From NCBI GenBank assembly GCA_951406725.2, contig OX597823.1:3968001-4032000 (forward strand): a stretch of DNA of 64,000 nt, read 5' to 3'. Shown one piece after another: positions 38,319 to 51,283 of this stretch (its first letter is position 1; each line of letters starts with the position of its first letter). Source of the DNA: Octopus vulgaris. Its lineage: Eukaryota. The notes below the pieces were generated by a model. It did not search any database and was not told the DNA's origin. It was given only the letters and a program-made list of their open reading frames with translations. The translations under genes and the position numbers were made by a program.

Positions 38319-39149
38319 AATACGTTTGTTATATCAAAGCTGAAATCTAAGTCCTTCCACGCCCCCTTATCTCTCTCTATCTCTCTACATTCAATTAAAA
38401 CCCCAACCACTATGATAAAATAACTCCTGACACAAATATAAATACAAAGAATAATTGATATTACTTGTCGTGTAACATCTTGTGTTCAGTGATTATTTCT
38501 TGGATTCTGTTTCTAAGTCACGCCATCGTCTGTCTGTGCATCATCATTGATAGGAAGGAAGCTGCGAGAAGCCCATTCATAAGCTGCTTGTTTAATAATA
38601 CCCGTAGCCTAACCTGTTTTATCTATTCGGTCCGACCCAGCCTTCCCCCAAAGCATACGCCAGTAGTGAGAGCAACAGCAACATCTATTTTCGTCCTTCC
38701 TCGCTTCTAAGACATCATATTCACTCCTGCCAAATATATATATCTTAAACATCGACGTTGTTTTCTCGTTTTTCTCATTTTCAAGAGGGATTTTCTTTAC
38801 CTCGACAAGTTTCTACGAACTCACACCTTCGATCTCTATTCTGTTATAGCCACCTTCCCGAAAAAACCTACATTCTGCGCCATGGTTTAGGCCCCTAATA
38901 TGCAATGTATCCATTGAACCCAAATTTAATAACCAAGCGGGTAGAGGTTGGGTAGTAACTTTTGGTATCTAAACCTTTTGATCTAGTCAATCTGCACCCG
39001 TTTGCATCTGGTAATGGAAATGGATGTTTTCGGTGTATGTGGCCATCAGTAGGGTGTGCCCAGCGTAGCCGAAGGTCCTAATATTTCTGTCGTAGGATTG
39101 TACCTTTTACTCGGATTTACCTTCCTAAGCAGCCTGTTTTGTTGCCAAA

Positions 39150-39228
39150 ATGGATACGCCTGGTTATATGGACCCTGAAATGCCTGATGTGATGGTTCAG
39201 TATGAAGAAAATCGGAAAAAAGACACAG
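39150..39228 (+). CDS. DST/MACF1: Spectraplakin alternative first coding exon B (MDTPGYMDPEMPDVMVQYEENRKKDT + G, phase 1)
   Basis: Good start context GCCAAAATGG after an in-frame TAA (39126-39128). 26 codons + 1 nt, donor CAG|GTAACT at 39229, 190-nt intron to 39419. YEExRxK sits at the same distance from DERD as in plectin-1f as I recall it (YEEVREKYK-DERD). Confidence 0.8.
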
Positions 39229-39418
39229 GTAACTACAATAGTTGACGATATCGAACTAGAGTAAAAGTAGTGTTTTAGGTTCTAGCCACACTCTTGTTGC
39301 ACACACACACAAACAGTCACACCTGCATACCTGCCATTCTTCCCTGAAGAAAGTCCTTCAGGTAATCTAATAACTAAAAAAAAAAACTCTACTAATTGTC
39401 TTCTTGTTTCTATTTCAG

Positions 39419-39480
39419 ACGAGAGAGATGCGGTACAGAAAAAGACTTTCACCAAATGGGTGAATAAACATTTACTTAAG
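39419..39480 (+). CDS. DST/MACF1: Spectraplakin (dystonin/MACF1/plectin/Short stop family) common exon, start of calponin-homology CH1 actin-binding domain: (D)ERDAVQKKTFTKWVNKHLLK
   Basis: Branch point TACTAAT (39390-39396), pyrimidine tract and acceptor TTTCAG|AC, 62-nt exon, donor AAG|GTATGT. The translation contains the actinin-type ABD signature QKKTFTKWVN, preceded by the DERD typical of spectraplakins. Confidence 0.95.
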
Positions 39481-40863
39481 GTATGTATATATATATATAT
39501 ATATATAAAATAATAATAATAAAGTGTCGTGTCTATTCACTGTTCTTAGAGCTAAGACGGGTTGCTCTGCTATTCCGAACTATCATTATTTTCTAGGTAC
39601 TGTTAATTAATTACTAGCTTACTATAATAATTATACTACCACCAAACCACCTTCATGCAAAAACCTCATTTCTTTGACGATTCGAAAGCTTATTCAAATC
39701 CCGCTCAGGTTAAATTTGCCTTTCGTCTCTCCCGGGTCGACTGAATAAAGTATCAATCAAGTACTGCGATCTGTGATATCGATTAGCTCCCTCCATTCCA
39801 AATTACCGGCCTTGTGTCTAAATCAGAAACAATTATATTATCTGCATAGTGATAAATATCGATGCCGTCTATGAATTTATACCTCGTAAATTTGACACTT
39901 ATACACGTGTGCGTGTATCGACGTCCTCGCATTTCTCTCCATATCGCTTTCTCCATTCTAAAAGACACGTACCAACTCATTGATAAGATATTTCACAGAC
40001 ACACGTGTTCTAACACCAATTGGTTTTCCAGTTTCTGCTTCATTGTGGAGGGTGGGGGCACCGATATATCATTCATAAAATTGAGTGAACACAGTTGGGA
40101 GTAAAGCTCAAATACCTGCTATTAAGATTGGAAACCATTTCAGAGACACGTCTTCTGAAGTGTCTCGTTACCTTTACAAGTGTGTGTAATATATGTAACC
40201 CCATATCTGCCTCCCTTTCTCTCTACTCGCTTGCGCACTTACTCTGCATAATATATATCGTATATATACATATATGTATATAAGATTGATTTTACTTACG
40301 AATGATACACAATATATGTTATGAAATATGCATTATAAAATACATGTACTACACACACACACACACATATGTGCATATATGCATGCACATACACAACGCG
40401 ATTATCAAGTCTTACCCAAATTCACCGACAAGCTTATGGCTTCGATACGAGACTATGATAAAAAAAAAAAAAAACGATTGGGGAGGGTGCTGCGCAGCGA
40501 GTTCGAACCCCTGAATGTTTCATGTAAAGTAAAATAATTTGTGCGAAGCTGATGACTCACTCCACCGCTATTTAAGTTTTTGTTTGTTTTGCTTTTCTTC
40601 TCGATGCAACACATGAATGCATACGTGTGTGTGGTTGAATCTAGCCATACAAATATATCGACACGAGCGCAGCACCGATATAGGTTAACGATTTACGTAC
40701 AAGCCCAGCTGATTGATTACATTTTAGACTGGAATCCATTTTCGATTTCGTGCACATCATTAACCGATCATGTTGCATAATGTCTCGGTCTCTCTCTCTC
40801 TCTCCCCCCCTCTCTTTATATACATAGCAAGCGGGAGAGAGGAAAGCACGTATGTATGTGTGT

Positions 40864-40894
<31 letters not shown>

Positions 40895-41556
40895 GGTGCT
40901 GTCTCTTGCTTGCCAGTGTCTGTCTTACGCTGTTTCTCTCTCTTCAAAACGAGAAATTTAATAAGCCAGATTTGTTCAACAAAATGTCTTGGGATTACCT
41001 TGAATTATGTGTACGTGTATGGATGTACGTATATTGTCTGTGTGTACGCACATATTGTGTGTGTGTGTGTGTGTGTGTGTATGCATACATATAAATGGAC
41101 TATAATACAAATATGTGCGATGATGATGTATGTTGAGATCGATCCCTCACATTCGCTATTGCCGAGTGACGTTTTTCTCTGATCAAAAATTCTGATCTTA
41201 TCCTTCCCTACACTTCATTGATTTCATTTCAGCTTCATATTTATTTATTTATCACCTGTCTAAATTAGGTTTTCACCTGCTCAACGGGGGCCACTCAACC
41301 TGTTAAAACAGCAGCTACATCTCCGCCTTGAAAAGAAAAAAAAAAAAGGACCTTGAATAAAGCAGTAGTCTTGATGGTCACAACATTATTATTGATCGTA
41401 GATCTGATGTATAAAGCTAAAATGGGGTTATTACTACAATACCACCTTAGGTTTATCTTTTCTTGGATAAAACAAAGTTAATCCAATTCATCGGATTATT
41501 TAATATAGATTTTCTGTTAGACACTTGTTACCTTAGTTTGTCTTATTTGGTATTAG

Positions 41557-42030
41557 GCATAACTACAGATTAGAGCCCCAGCGACTTTGTTTCCGTCTAG
41601 CTTTCAGGAAAAATGCATGTTTTTAAAAAAATTTTCAGTGACACATTTTTGAGTGTGTAAAAAATTTGCTGATATCTTTAAAGAAGATATACTTTTTTCT
41701 CTTTTAAGGAATTTCGGATCTTTCTCGTCTCCTTCCAATTGTCTTTCCTCGTAATTCTCTTTAAAATGCATATCTTTAAATGACATTTTATATACGTGTC
41801 GATTATGTAACGATGATTTGAAAAAAAGTGAAAAACGCTGAAATTTGTAATTTCGGGCCGGGTGGAAAATAGCCTGAAAATATTCCTTCCAAATTTTTGT
41901 TTTATTAAATTTTATTAACATTGCAATCTACATTCTCGAAACCGTAGCTGTAAAGCTTCACGAAAAAAAAATGCTCTTTACAGAAAGTTACGGACAAATA
42001 AAGTCGGTGGGGCCCTAATCTGTAGTTGCG
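41557..42030. mobile_element. MITE with ~45-bp imperfect TIRs
   Basis: Left AACTACAGATTAGAGCCCCAGCGACTTTGTTT; reverse complement of right end AACTACAGATTAGGGCCCCACCGACTTTATTT. Related termini at 37640 and about 16750. Confidence 0.75.
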
Positions 42031-42186
42031 CATCACAAATTTTCCAGTATGTGTTATATATTCTACACGTCTATCACTTGACAGAGATGATGTGTTGCAT
42101 GGGTGTGACGCAGAAATATTTTCTTCTGTTCTTCTTTAACACATGATGAACGAACGATAGATAGAAATCATATGAGAGGCTGACAC

Positions 42187-42684
42187 AACTGCAGTTTGAT
42201 GCCCCGGAACTTGTTTCCTCATAACTGTCTGGAAAACGCCTAGTTTTTAATGAAATTTTGCAGGGATATATTTTAGAAAAGAAAGAGAACATTTTGCAAG
42301 TGGATGACTTTTGGGTTATTCTTCACCATTCGGATTTTTTTACCTTCAGTTTCCGTAATTTTAGCATTTCTCATTTTTTTTCCCTGATTTATATGACTGA
42401 AACATCTTTACATAATATCGACTCTTGAAAATGAATTTCAGTCAAATGTCATTTTAAAAGATACGTTTTAGAGTTATAATGAAACTAATTTGGGAGGGGT
42501 TAGAATGATACGGAATTCTCTCCCTCCCCATTTTAAAAATATTATCAGCACAATCGTTATCTATGCCATCGAAAATGTGTGTCTGCAAAAATTTCATTAA
42601 AAAATGTTTAATATTGATTTAATTTTTTTTAGAAAGCTATGCAAGAACCTAGGCAGAAGCGGGGCATCAAACTGTAGTTATACT
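42187..42684. mobile_element. MITE, related family
   Basis: Left AACTGCAGTTTGATGCCCCG; right end CGGGGCATCAAACTGTAGTT. Confidence 0.7.
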
Positions 42685-43537
42685 GAAGAGGCTCTTGTTG
42701 GCATGTGGGGGAATGTAATTGTGATAGAATAAATGAAATGAATATGTGTGTGTATAGAGGCATGGCTATGTGGTTAAAGTTTCGTTTCCTGACCACATAG
42801 TTTTGGGTTCAAACCCACTGCATGGCTCTTTACGCATGTCTTTTTCTATAGCCTCAGGTTAGTCAGGGTCTTATGAGTGCATTTGCTAAGTAGAAACTGA
42901 AAGAAGCCTGCTACATATATATGTATGTATATACCTGTGTGTGTGTGGGGTGTGTGCAGATATGTGTGTCTGTTTGCCTCTCTTTGTATTGGCATCAAGC
43001 AATCGTTATCAATAACGTCATACAAGTGATGTCATATATTTGCAATCTTCTACAAAAACGTACTTGGCCATTATGCTGTTCTTGTTCAAAGAACAAATGA
43101 AGGTTGGTGACAAGCAGGGCATCCAGTCATAGAAAATCTTAACAAATTCCACCTGATCCATACACAAACAAAGCTGACTGAATGAAATGTACTTAGTCAT
43201 CCTTGTGTTTCAGCCATCAATGTATTCCAGTTAACATTCAACTGTTTTTAGGGTGGCAAATATTATGGCACGAATTTCTATCATTCCTACCTTATTCTTT
43301 ATCTTGCTCACGTTCTGTTATTAATAATTTGGACAATAAATTGACATTGACACTTATTTATTGTCGTGTGTTTTTTTTCATTTTAATCTAAATATTCCAT
43401 TTTGTATGGGTTAAACAGTTGACATCTCACACGCAATGTCAGACCTCAAAACAGTTTTATTTAAAAAAAAAAAAAAAGAAAAAAATGCTTATAAACTTGT
43501 GATACCAAACAGTTGTTTGGTGGAGTCTTTCAGATGA

Positions 43538-43925
43538 TTCATCATCATCATCATTTAACGTCCACTTTCCATGCTAGCATGGGTTTGACAGTTTGACTGA
43601 GGGCTGGCGAACCAGATGGCTGCACCACGCTCCAGTCTTGATCTGGCAGAGTTTTTACAGCTGGATGCCCTTCCTAATGCCAACCACTCCGAGAGTGTTT
43701 AACTAATGAATATTGGTTTCAAATTTTGGTACAAGGCCAGCAATTTTGGGGGTGGGGTAAGATGATTACATTGACCTGCCCCCTCCCCACCTCTTGCAAT
43801 GCTCAACTGCTATTTGAATTTTATTGGCCCTGAAAGTATGAAAGGTAAAGTTGACCTCAGAATGTAAAGATGGATGAAATGCTGCCAGGCATTTTGCTTG
43901 GCTTGCCAACAGTTCTGCCAGCTTG
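43538..43925 (-). mobile_element. RTE-tail repeat plus family A SINE
   Basis: CATCATCATTTAACGTCC...CTGGATGCCCTTCCTAATGCCAACCAC, then reverse family A ending TTCTGCCAGCTTG. Confidence 0.75.
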
Positions 43926-46900
43926 CTATATTGATTAACCAATCAATGGTAACGCCAGCATTATGATGCAAGAGCTTCCAGAATCCTTGTATTTGGTTGA
44001 CATGATGCTGTGAACAATAACGATGATAATCATCATCGTTATCACTTTGACTTTCAATATTCGATGGGTGAGACGGAGTTCGTTAAAGCAGATTTTCTAT
44101 AGCTGGATGCCTTCTCTGTTGCCAACCCTCCCTTGTTTCCAAGCAAGGTAATACTTTGCCATGGACAGATTTATTTTTCACAAAAGACTGGAAACGAACA
44201 ACCTCACTTGTATGATGGAGACGCTCATTTACATCTACACGTGGGTCCAGTCCCCCATATATCATCATCATTTAACATCTGTTCTCCATGTGGGCATGGG
44301 TCGGATGGTTTGACAAGAGCTGGAGAGCTGTGCCAAACACTGTTGTCTCTTTTGGCATGGATTCCATTCCTGGGTGCCCTTCTTAACACCAACCACTTTA
44401 CAGAGTGGGTGCTTTTTTTGTGGCACTAGTGGGGATCACTAAGTAACTTGTATAACTCACCCTTGACTGGGTGAGTAGTATTGAAGAGGATGGCTTTGTG
44501 CCAGTTGATGAGAGGTTAAAAGAATAAGAGAGAGAGAGATAGGTATCTTGCTGTAGAAGAGAATATCCCAGTTAAAGAAGGGAGAGAAAGAGATTCAAAG
44601 AGAAAGATAGTGTAGGAGAGAAGGTGGTGACTATACATCAGAACAAGGTACATTGGTGGGGGTGAATATAGGTGAATGATACAAAGGACTGGACTGGGTG
44701 AGGGGTCAGGGGAAAATATATATATATATGATAATGATGCACACATAATGAGCTTCTTTCAGTTTCTGTCTACCAAATCCACTCACAAAGCTTTGGTTTG
44801 TCCAGGGCAGGAGTAAAAGACACTTGACTAAGGAATCCCACATTTATACATATATGATTTGTTTATATGTGTATGTATATCTGTGCCTTCTTGACATCGT
44901 GTGATAGTTGTCACTGACATAAAAGCTGTTGTGCAGTTTGTCCAGCCCCAGGTTAACCATGCTGGTCACAGGTATTCTGATCATGTTTCTATTCAAAGTT
45001 AGGACTGTATCAACCAATGTCCCCTTTGCATTTTTTAGGTATGTAATTTGAGAGAGATGTGGCTGCTATTTTTAGCAGATTGTGTGACTACAATAGTTCC
45101 TTTAGATCACAGGTAATGGTGAAGGTCTTCATTCTGAGAGAAGTCAGTTTTCTCTGAGAATTAGGTCCTTCATTGCACTCCAGCTGTGTTTTATGTTTTT
45201 GAAATCACTTGAAACATAGGGTATATTGGGTGCATTATTTCTAACTTACCGAAATCTAGAGTAGTCATAATTACAGAGACAAAGGGAAAATAATTTATTA
45301 ACGAATATTTACATTTCTGCTTCCAAAACTGTGTTTTGAATTTGTGTGTGTTTGTAATTCTGAAATGAGTGAAGGTTTTGTAATAATATCACAAGTTTTG
45401 TATCCTGCTTGTCCCTTGTTTCCAATGTTGATGTCAAGTCATGAGTGCTAACTTGTTTATAGGAGAAAGGAGTGAGTTTGTGATAAAATAAAGAAAAGCA
45501 AAATACAAAATTTGGAGCAATAATTTAACTTTGCACCCTTTTAAAAACCAATCCTTTCTGAGTTGTGTACATTGTAGAGGACTAATCTATTTTTAAAACA
45601 CACAAATTATATATAATTAATTGACATCCGTATCCCATGCTGACATGAGTTGGAAGATTTGACCAAGACCCAACAAGCCAGAAGACTGCATTGATCTCTG
45701 ATGTCTCCTTTGACATGGTTTCTATGGCTGGGTGCCCTTCCTAATGCCGACCACTTTACAAGAGTGGAGTGGGTGTTTTTATTGCGTCTGAACCACATGG
45801 TACCAAGCTTAATCCCACTGTGGCACCTTGGGCATGACTTCTGCTATAGTCCTGGGCCAACCAAAGCATTTTGAGTGGATTTTGTAGACAGATACTGAAA
45901 GAAGCCTGTCATATATGTGTATGTGTTCATATTTGTCCCCACCACTGTTTGACAGCCAGTGTTGGTTTGTTTACATCCCCTGTAATCTAGCAGTTCAGCA
46001 AAAGATACTGATAGAATAAGTACCAGGCTTTAAAAGTAAGTCCTGGGGTTGATACATTTGACTAAAATTTCTCAAGGCGGTGCCCCAGCATGAGCTGCAG
46101 TCTAATGGTTGAAACAAGTAAGAGCTATACATCCATTATTGATCAGCTGAATGATCAACTCATTAATGACCAGAATGCCTGAGTATTCCACAGACACGTA
46201 GTCTTTAACTCTTATCATCATAAACCTCTCCAATCTGCGGGAGACACTTTCATGAACCCTGTGCCTCGTCACTAGGGACACAAATGGGTTGCCCAGGATA
46301 CGACCCGTAACATTTCAAGGTCACGTATGCACACAGAAGGTTTCATAAAAGTTATTACCTTCTCAGCAGCCATTTTTAGTCTCTTTTGCCAAATCCTTCT
46401 ATGAACAAGAAGGAGTTGAAACAGAGAACTGTACATGGGAGTAAGAGTGAAAGTAGTTCTCAGGTAGAATCAGCATACCAAGGTTATCCCTGTGAGTTAC
46501 AGGCATCGTTCATCAGGCAAGCTTCTACAGTTTCTATCTTCTGAGCTTCACTTGCAAGGCTTAGATTGACCTGAAATTATGGTAAATACACTTGCCAAAA
46601 CTGCTGTATAGTGAACCCTGGACCGTATGGTTCTGAAGCAAACTTCTTAACCAGTCAACCATATTTATAGACTCTTTGTGTGTGTATAAAAAAAAATCAT
46701 CATCATTTAATATTTGTTCCCCATGCTGGTGTAGGTTGACTGTTTGATAGGAACAGGCAAGTTAGAAGAGGGTAGCAAGCCCTGCTGTCTGCTTTGGCAT
46801 GTTTCTACAGTTCGGTGCCGTTCCTATTGCCATGTGCATGCACACGCACGCGCATGGACAGGCATGGCTATGTGGTTAAGAAGTTAGTGTCCCAATCACA

Positions 46901-49900
46901 TGGTTTCATGTTCATTTCTATTATGTGGTACCTTCACAAATATCCTGTATGATCTTGGGTCAATAATGCTTTGGGAATAAAGTTGGTAGATGGAAACTGA
47001 AAGAAGCACATCATACAATATGTGTGTTTGCACATGCATATATGAGGTCTGTGTTTTCATTTCCATTTGTACTGTATAAAAATCACAAGTGAGGAGTGAT
47101 GGTCATGTCATCACTTCACTTTTGCCAACAAATGCTCTACATGCTTTGCACCTTTGAAGACACGTGAAATAAAAGATCCCTTGAGAAGCAATGAAGGGTC
47201 TGCAGCAGGAAAGGTATCCAGCTGTAGAACAATGGCTCAGTGTATTTATCTAACCCATGCTAGCATGGAAAAGGGATGCAACATAAATGGAGTGTGTGTG
47301 TGTGTTAATAGACTGAGAACATTACAAATATTCCAGAGTTTCCTCTTTCTATCACAAATATATCTGGCCAGCAGAATGACCTGATCGTCCTCTAATGGGT
47401 TAAAAACAGGACATTATGTCTAAGCAAGAGGAATAATTACACAGAATCATTTAAAAAGGAAATAAATATTTCTTATCAGACAATCTTCCCTTTATCAAGC
47501 AGACAATTGCTGCTCTTCCATTGACCAATTCAGGTTTTTGCTTTTGTTTTCTGAATTTTATGTTCATGTTTTGATATTGAATTACAATATGATAATATGA
47601 ATATGAAATTATTGAATATTTATAGAATTTGTAAGCTTCATGTAATAATAGATGGTAAATCAATCATTAAACTATCAGAATGGTTTCCAGGTCTTGTAAG
47701 GGTGAATGACTTTGTTTGTCTTATCATCTTTTTCTTAGCATTTGCATTTCATGTTTACAAAAAGGTGATGTGGTGTGCTCAAGATTATTTTCTTTTGTCA
47801 TCTTTAATCAATTAAACACTGTTGTACCCTTCTGATAGTAACCCCCTTTTGTTCTGTGATACAAACTTTATGTTTGAAGTGATCTAAATTAAAATCTCCC
47901 AACAAAATTTCTTTCTAATTTATGAGTTCCAAACATCATATTAATAATTCTTCATAATTTTCAAAATTGATTGAAAGTAAGGCAGTATAGTTCTAACGAA
48001 AGGGCTAAGTGAAATTGGATAAAGGTCTATATCGCATATTGTTGTTTAACCACAGATCAGCCAGGTTCCAGTTATGACCATCTTGTCTTTAAGTCAGTCT
48101 GACTACATTATCAAAAGTCTTTCAGTTCTTTTAGACAGTAAGGTAAAACTTGGAGATTTGATTGCTATTTCTAGCAGGCTAACCAACTGCCAAGAGGTTT
48201 GAATTGTGAGTGGGTTTATCAAAGACATGATGATGATGAAGAATTGAGCTTGACACTGCATTCTAATAAGAATCTTCAGTTAAAACAGATGTATGTTGCT
48301 TCTATTGTTTACGGTAGTGATCTACACTTCCTCAATGGCACCCATTGGTTATTGTGTTTGCCACACAGTACAGCTTGTAGTGATATAAGATTGAACTATC
48401 CACCCTTCAGACAGTGTTCTAAGTACTCTAATCACTCCCTTATAAGTTACTTTGTTAAAATAATCATCAATATTTTTCTGTAATTTGTTGTACTGTTATT
48501 ATCTGTGTGTCTATATCTTGTTTTTATGTACAAAAGTTGAACATTTTCTATTTTCACTGACCCCAAAAACATGCTATGAATTTTGAAATTTTGCCCATTT
48601 TTTAAATCCTAGTTAGAAAGTGTAAAATTTCTTTGGAATTATTCACTCCCAATCTACCAGAACATTCCTGGATATAGATTAGGAGATTCTTTTACATCTA
48701 TTAAATTTCCAACTTATTTTAATGTGTAGGAATTCACCATTTTTATTGACCTGGTCCTGTTGGAAATTTCAAATATTCTTTTTTACTCAGACTTATTGTT
48801 TTAGCAAAGAATCTATGCTTTCATTAATTCAATTAGTTCATCAGAAACTTGTCAATAATTTTTTGTAATCTATTATGTAGTTATTGTTAATGTGATTGTG
48901 TGTGAGTATATATATTTTATATGCTATGTATAGATGTAAACAATTCATCAATTTTCATTGACCGTGGATGTTTTAGAAATTTGAAAATTTGCCCAATTTC
49001 AACCGTTTGAATTAACGAAAACATCAGTTCTCTGCAGAAACAAATCTATAAAATAGAACTCTTCACTTTTCAGTTATCTACATAACTTCTATGGAATCTT
49101 CTACATATTTCAGCTTCCTTGATCGTGGATTCTAGTCTCTCTTTCTCTCTCTCCATCTCTCTATACTCACACACATGTTCATATTTCCATGCTGACAGGG
49201 GTCAGGCAGATCTCACAGTATCTTTGCATTTATATCATTCCTTTGTCATCCGATGCAAACAACTTGGCAAATGTCCCACTTTGTTGCTGTGTGTGTCTTG
49301 TATTTTGGACACCTTTCCTATCATCAGCCACCTTACAATAACGAATGGTGCATTTTATCATACTACTGCCAGCAACACAATGATGGCTGTTACAACAAAG
49401 CTTAGGAATATCCTTTTATACTCTCTATTTTTCTGATTAGTTATTAGAACAGTCGTATTGAATAAATTACTGAGCTTGATTTTTTTTTTTTTAAAATTTA
49501 TATCTGCACCCACCACCCTTCTTGATCCTGTACCCCTATTGTCTTATACTCACTTTCTTGTACCTTGAGGATACATGCTGACACCTTGTCACCACCATCT
49601 TTGTCCAGCCAATTACTCCTATCCTTATATATATTTTCCCCTCTACAGTTACCACATGTGCCTCCTCAACATCTAGGAGAAAGCCACCCCTTCTCTACTC
49701 TAAACCCACTCAGTTGATGGGGTTTTTTCTTATGTATTACTTGAGACCTCACTAGCATCAGTTCTACGAAAAATAGCACCCAGTCCACTCTGTAAAGTGG
49801 TTGGTATTAGAAAGGGCATCCAACCATAGAAACTATACCAAAGTAGAGATCAGAGCTTGATGCAGTCTTCTGGCTCGTTAGATTCTATTGAACCATCAAA

Positions 49901-51283
49901 CTCATCTTAATGAAAAATGAACATTAAATGATAATGAGGATCTGCACATAGTTTCATTCGGCATATTCTTCTATCATTATTTCAATTTCCTAATTGGCAC
50001 AGGTCGACCAGGTCTGCACAATGAGGTCATCCTAACCGCTCCTCTTCACCCTGTGTTGTCTTTCAGGTCTCGCATGCTTACTCCTGTCCTCATGCAGTGA
50101 TCAATGAACTGTGAGGCTGTTTGTCATGAGTCTCATCCTGCTTTTTCTCCGTACATCTAAAGGTGAAATGAAGTTAATAAACCCAAACAATGCATATTAA
50201 AGGTTTAACTTCTCTGAATCAGTTGATTTCCATGAAGTCACCAGTCAGTAGCAAAAGTGAATGTTGTTCAGGAAGTTATAGAGTCAGAAAGACAAAAACC
50301 TATTTCCTTTGTGATAAGAGGCTTTTAACAACCGGGACTTACACTTGACACCATGAAAGTACTGTTGTGAATGTGAAATATCCTGAATGAATTGGCTGCC
50401 ACTTGTTGTGTGCTGACCCTTGTTCCAGTAAATCCAGGATCAAATGCATTTCAGCTGGAACCATTCCGATTTTTTTCTTTCTTTCCAGACATAGTGTATC
50501 TAGGATTACATTATTCAATGTATTTTCCCATATGTCACAGGTCATCTGACCACATAGATGTTCTCCCATTGGCTCCTAGGATATCAGTCTGTATGAAAGT
50601 TAATACAGATTTTTAAATCTGTTACTAGCCAACAAAATTTGGGGAACAGTTACAGTTAATGGGATAAATACCATTTTGTTACTGGTGCTTATTTTAGAGA
50701 TCATGGAATAGTAAAAAGTAGAGTCCACTCTGGCAACATTTGAACTTGGAACACACAGAAATATTGCAAAGTGAATCTGCTACTGTTTTTGTCAATCTTC
50801 TTCCATTTATATCACAGATAACATTGTCTCTAATAATATAGGACCTAGTTACAGTGGCTGGGTGAACTAATGTAGAATAACATGCCCCCCTTCGCTACCC
50901 CCACCCACCAACTCGGACACAGCTGAGTAAACCAAGGAAGTTCTATGTCAGTAAATTGTGAGTCTCAAGTCCCTTAAGTAAATAACTGCAGCCCACATAT
51001 GAAATGCACATATATGTGCATGTATGCACCCACATGTGCATGCATATACTTGCATATATACACTTTTGAAGGTTTTCCACAGAGGTCCTGTCTGGCCAGA
51101 TCTTACTAGGCTTTGACTGACAAGATATGATGATGGAAAGGAGGTACTTGCTTAAGATAGAGCACAGTAGGACTGCAGCCAAACCAGAGAGTTGTAGGCT
51201 TCTTAACCACAGGTGTGTGTGTAAATGCACATGCACAGACATGTGTAATTTATACACAGCATAGCATAAATCAGAAATGAAAT

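Noticed and set aside
41365-41415. DGHN-encoding stretch as the next CH1 exon (DLRDGHNL)
   Set aside because: Reads SSLDGHNIIIDRRSDV* with no DLxEDLR or LLEVLS and no proper splice sites; it lies in a degraded repeat.
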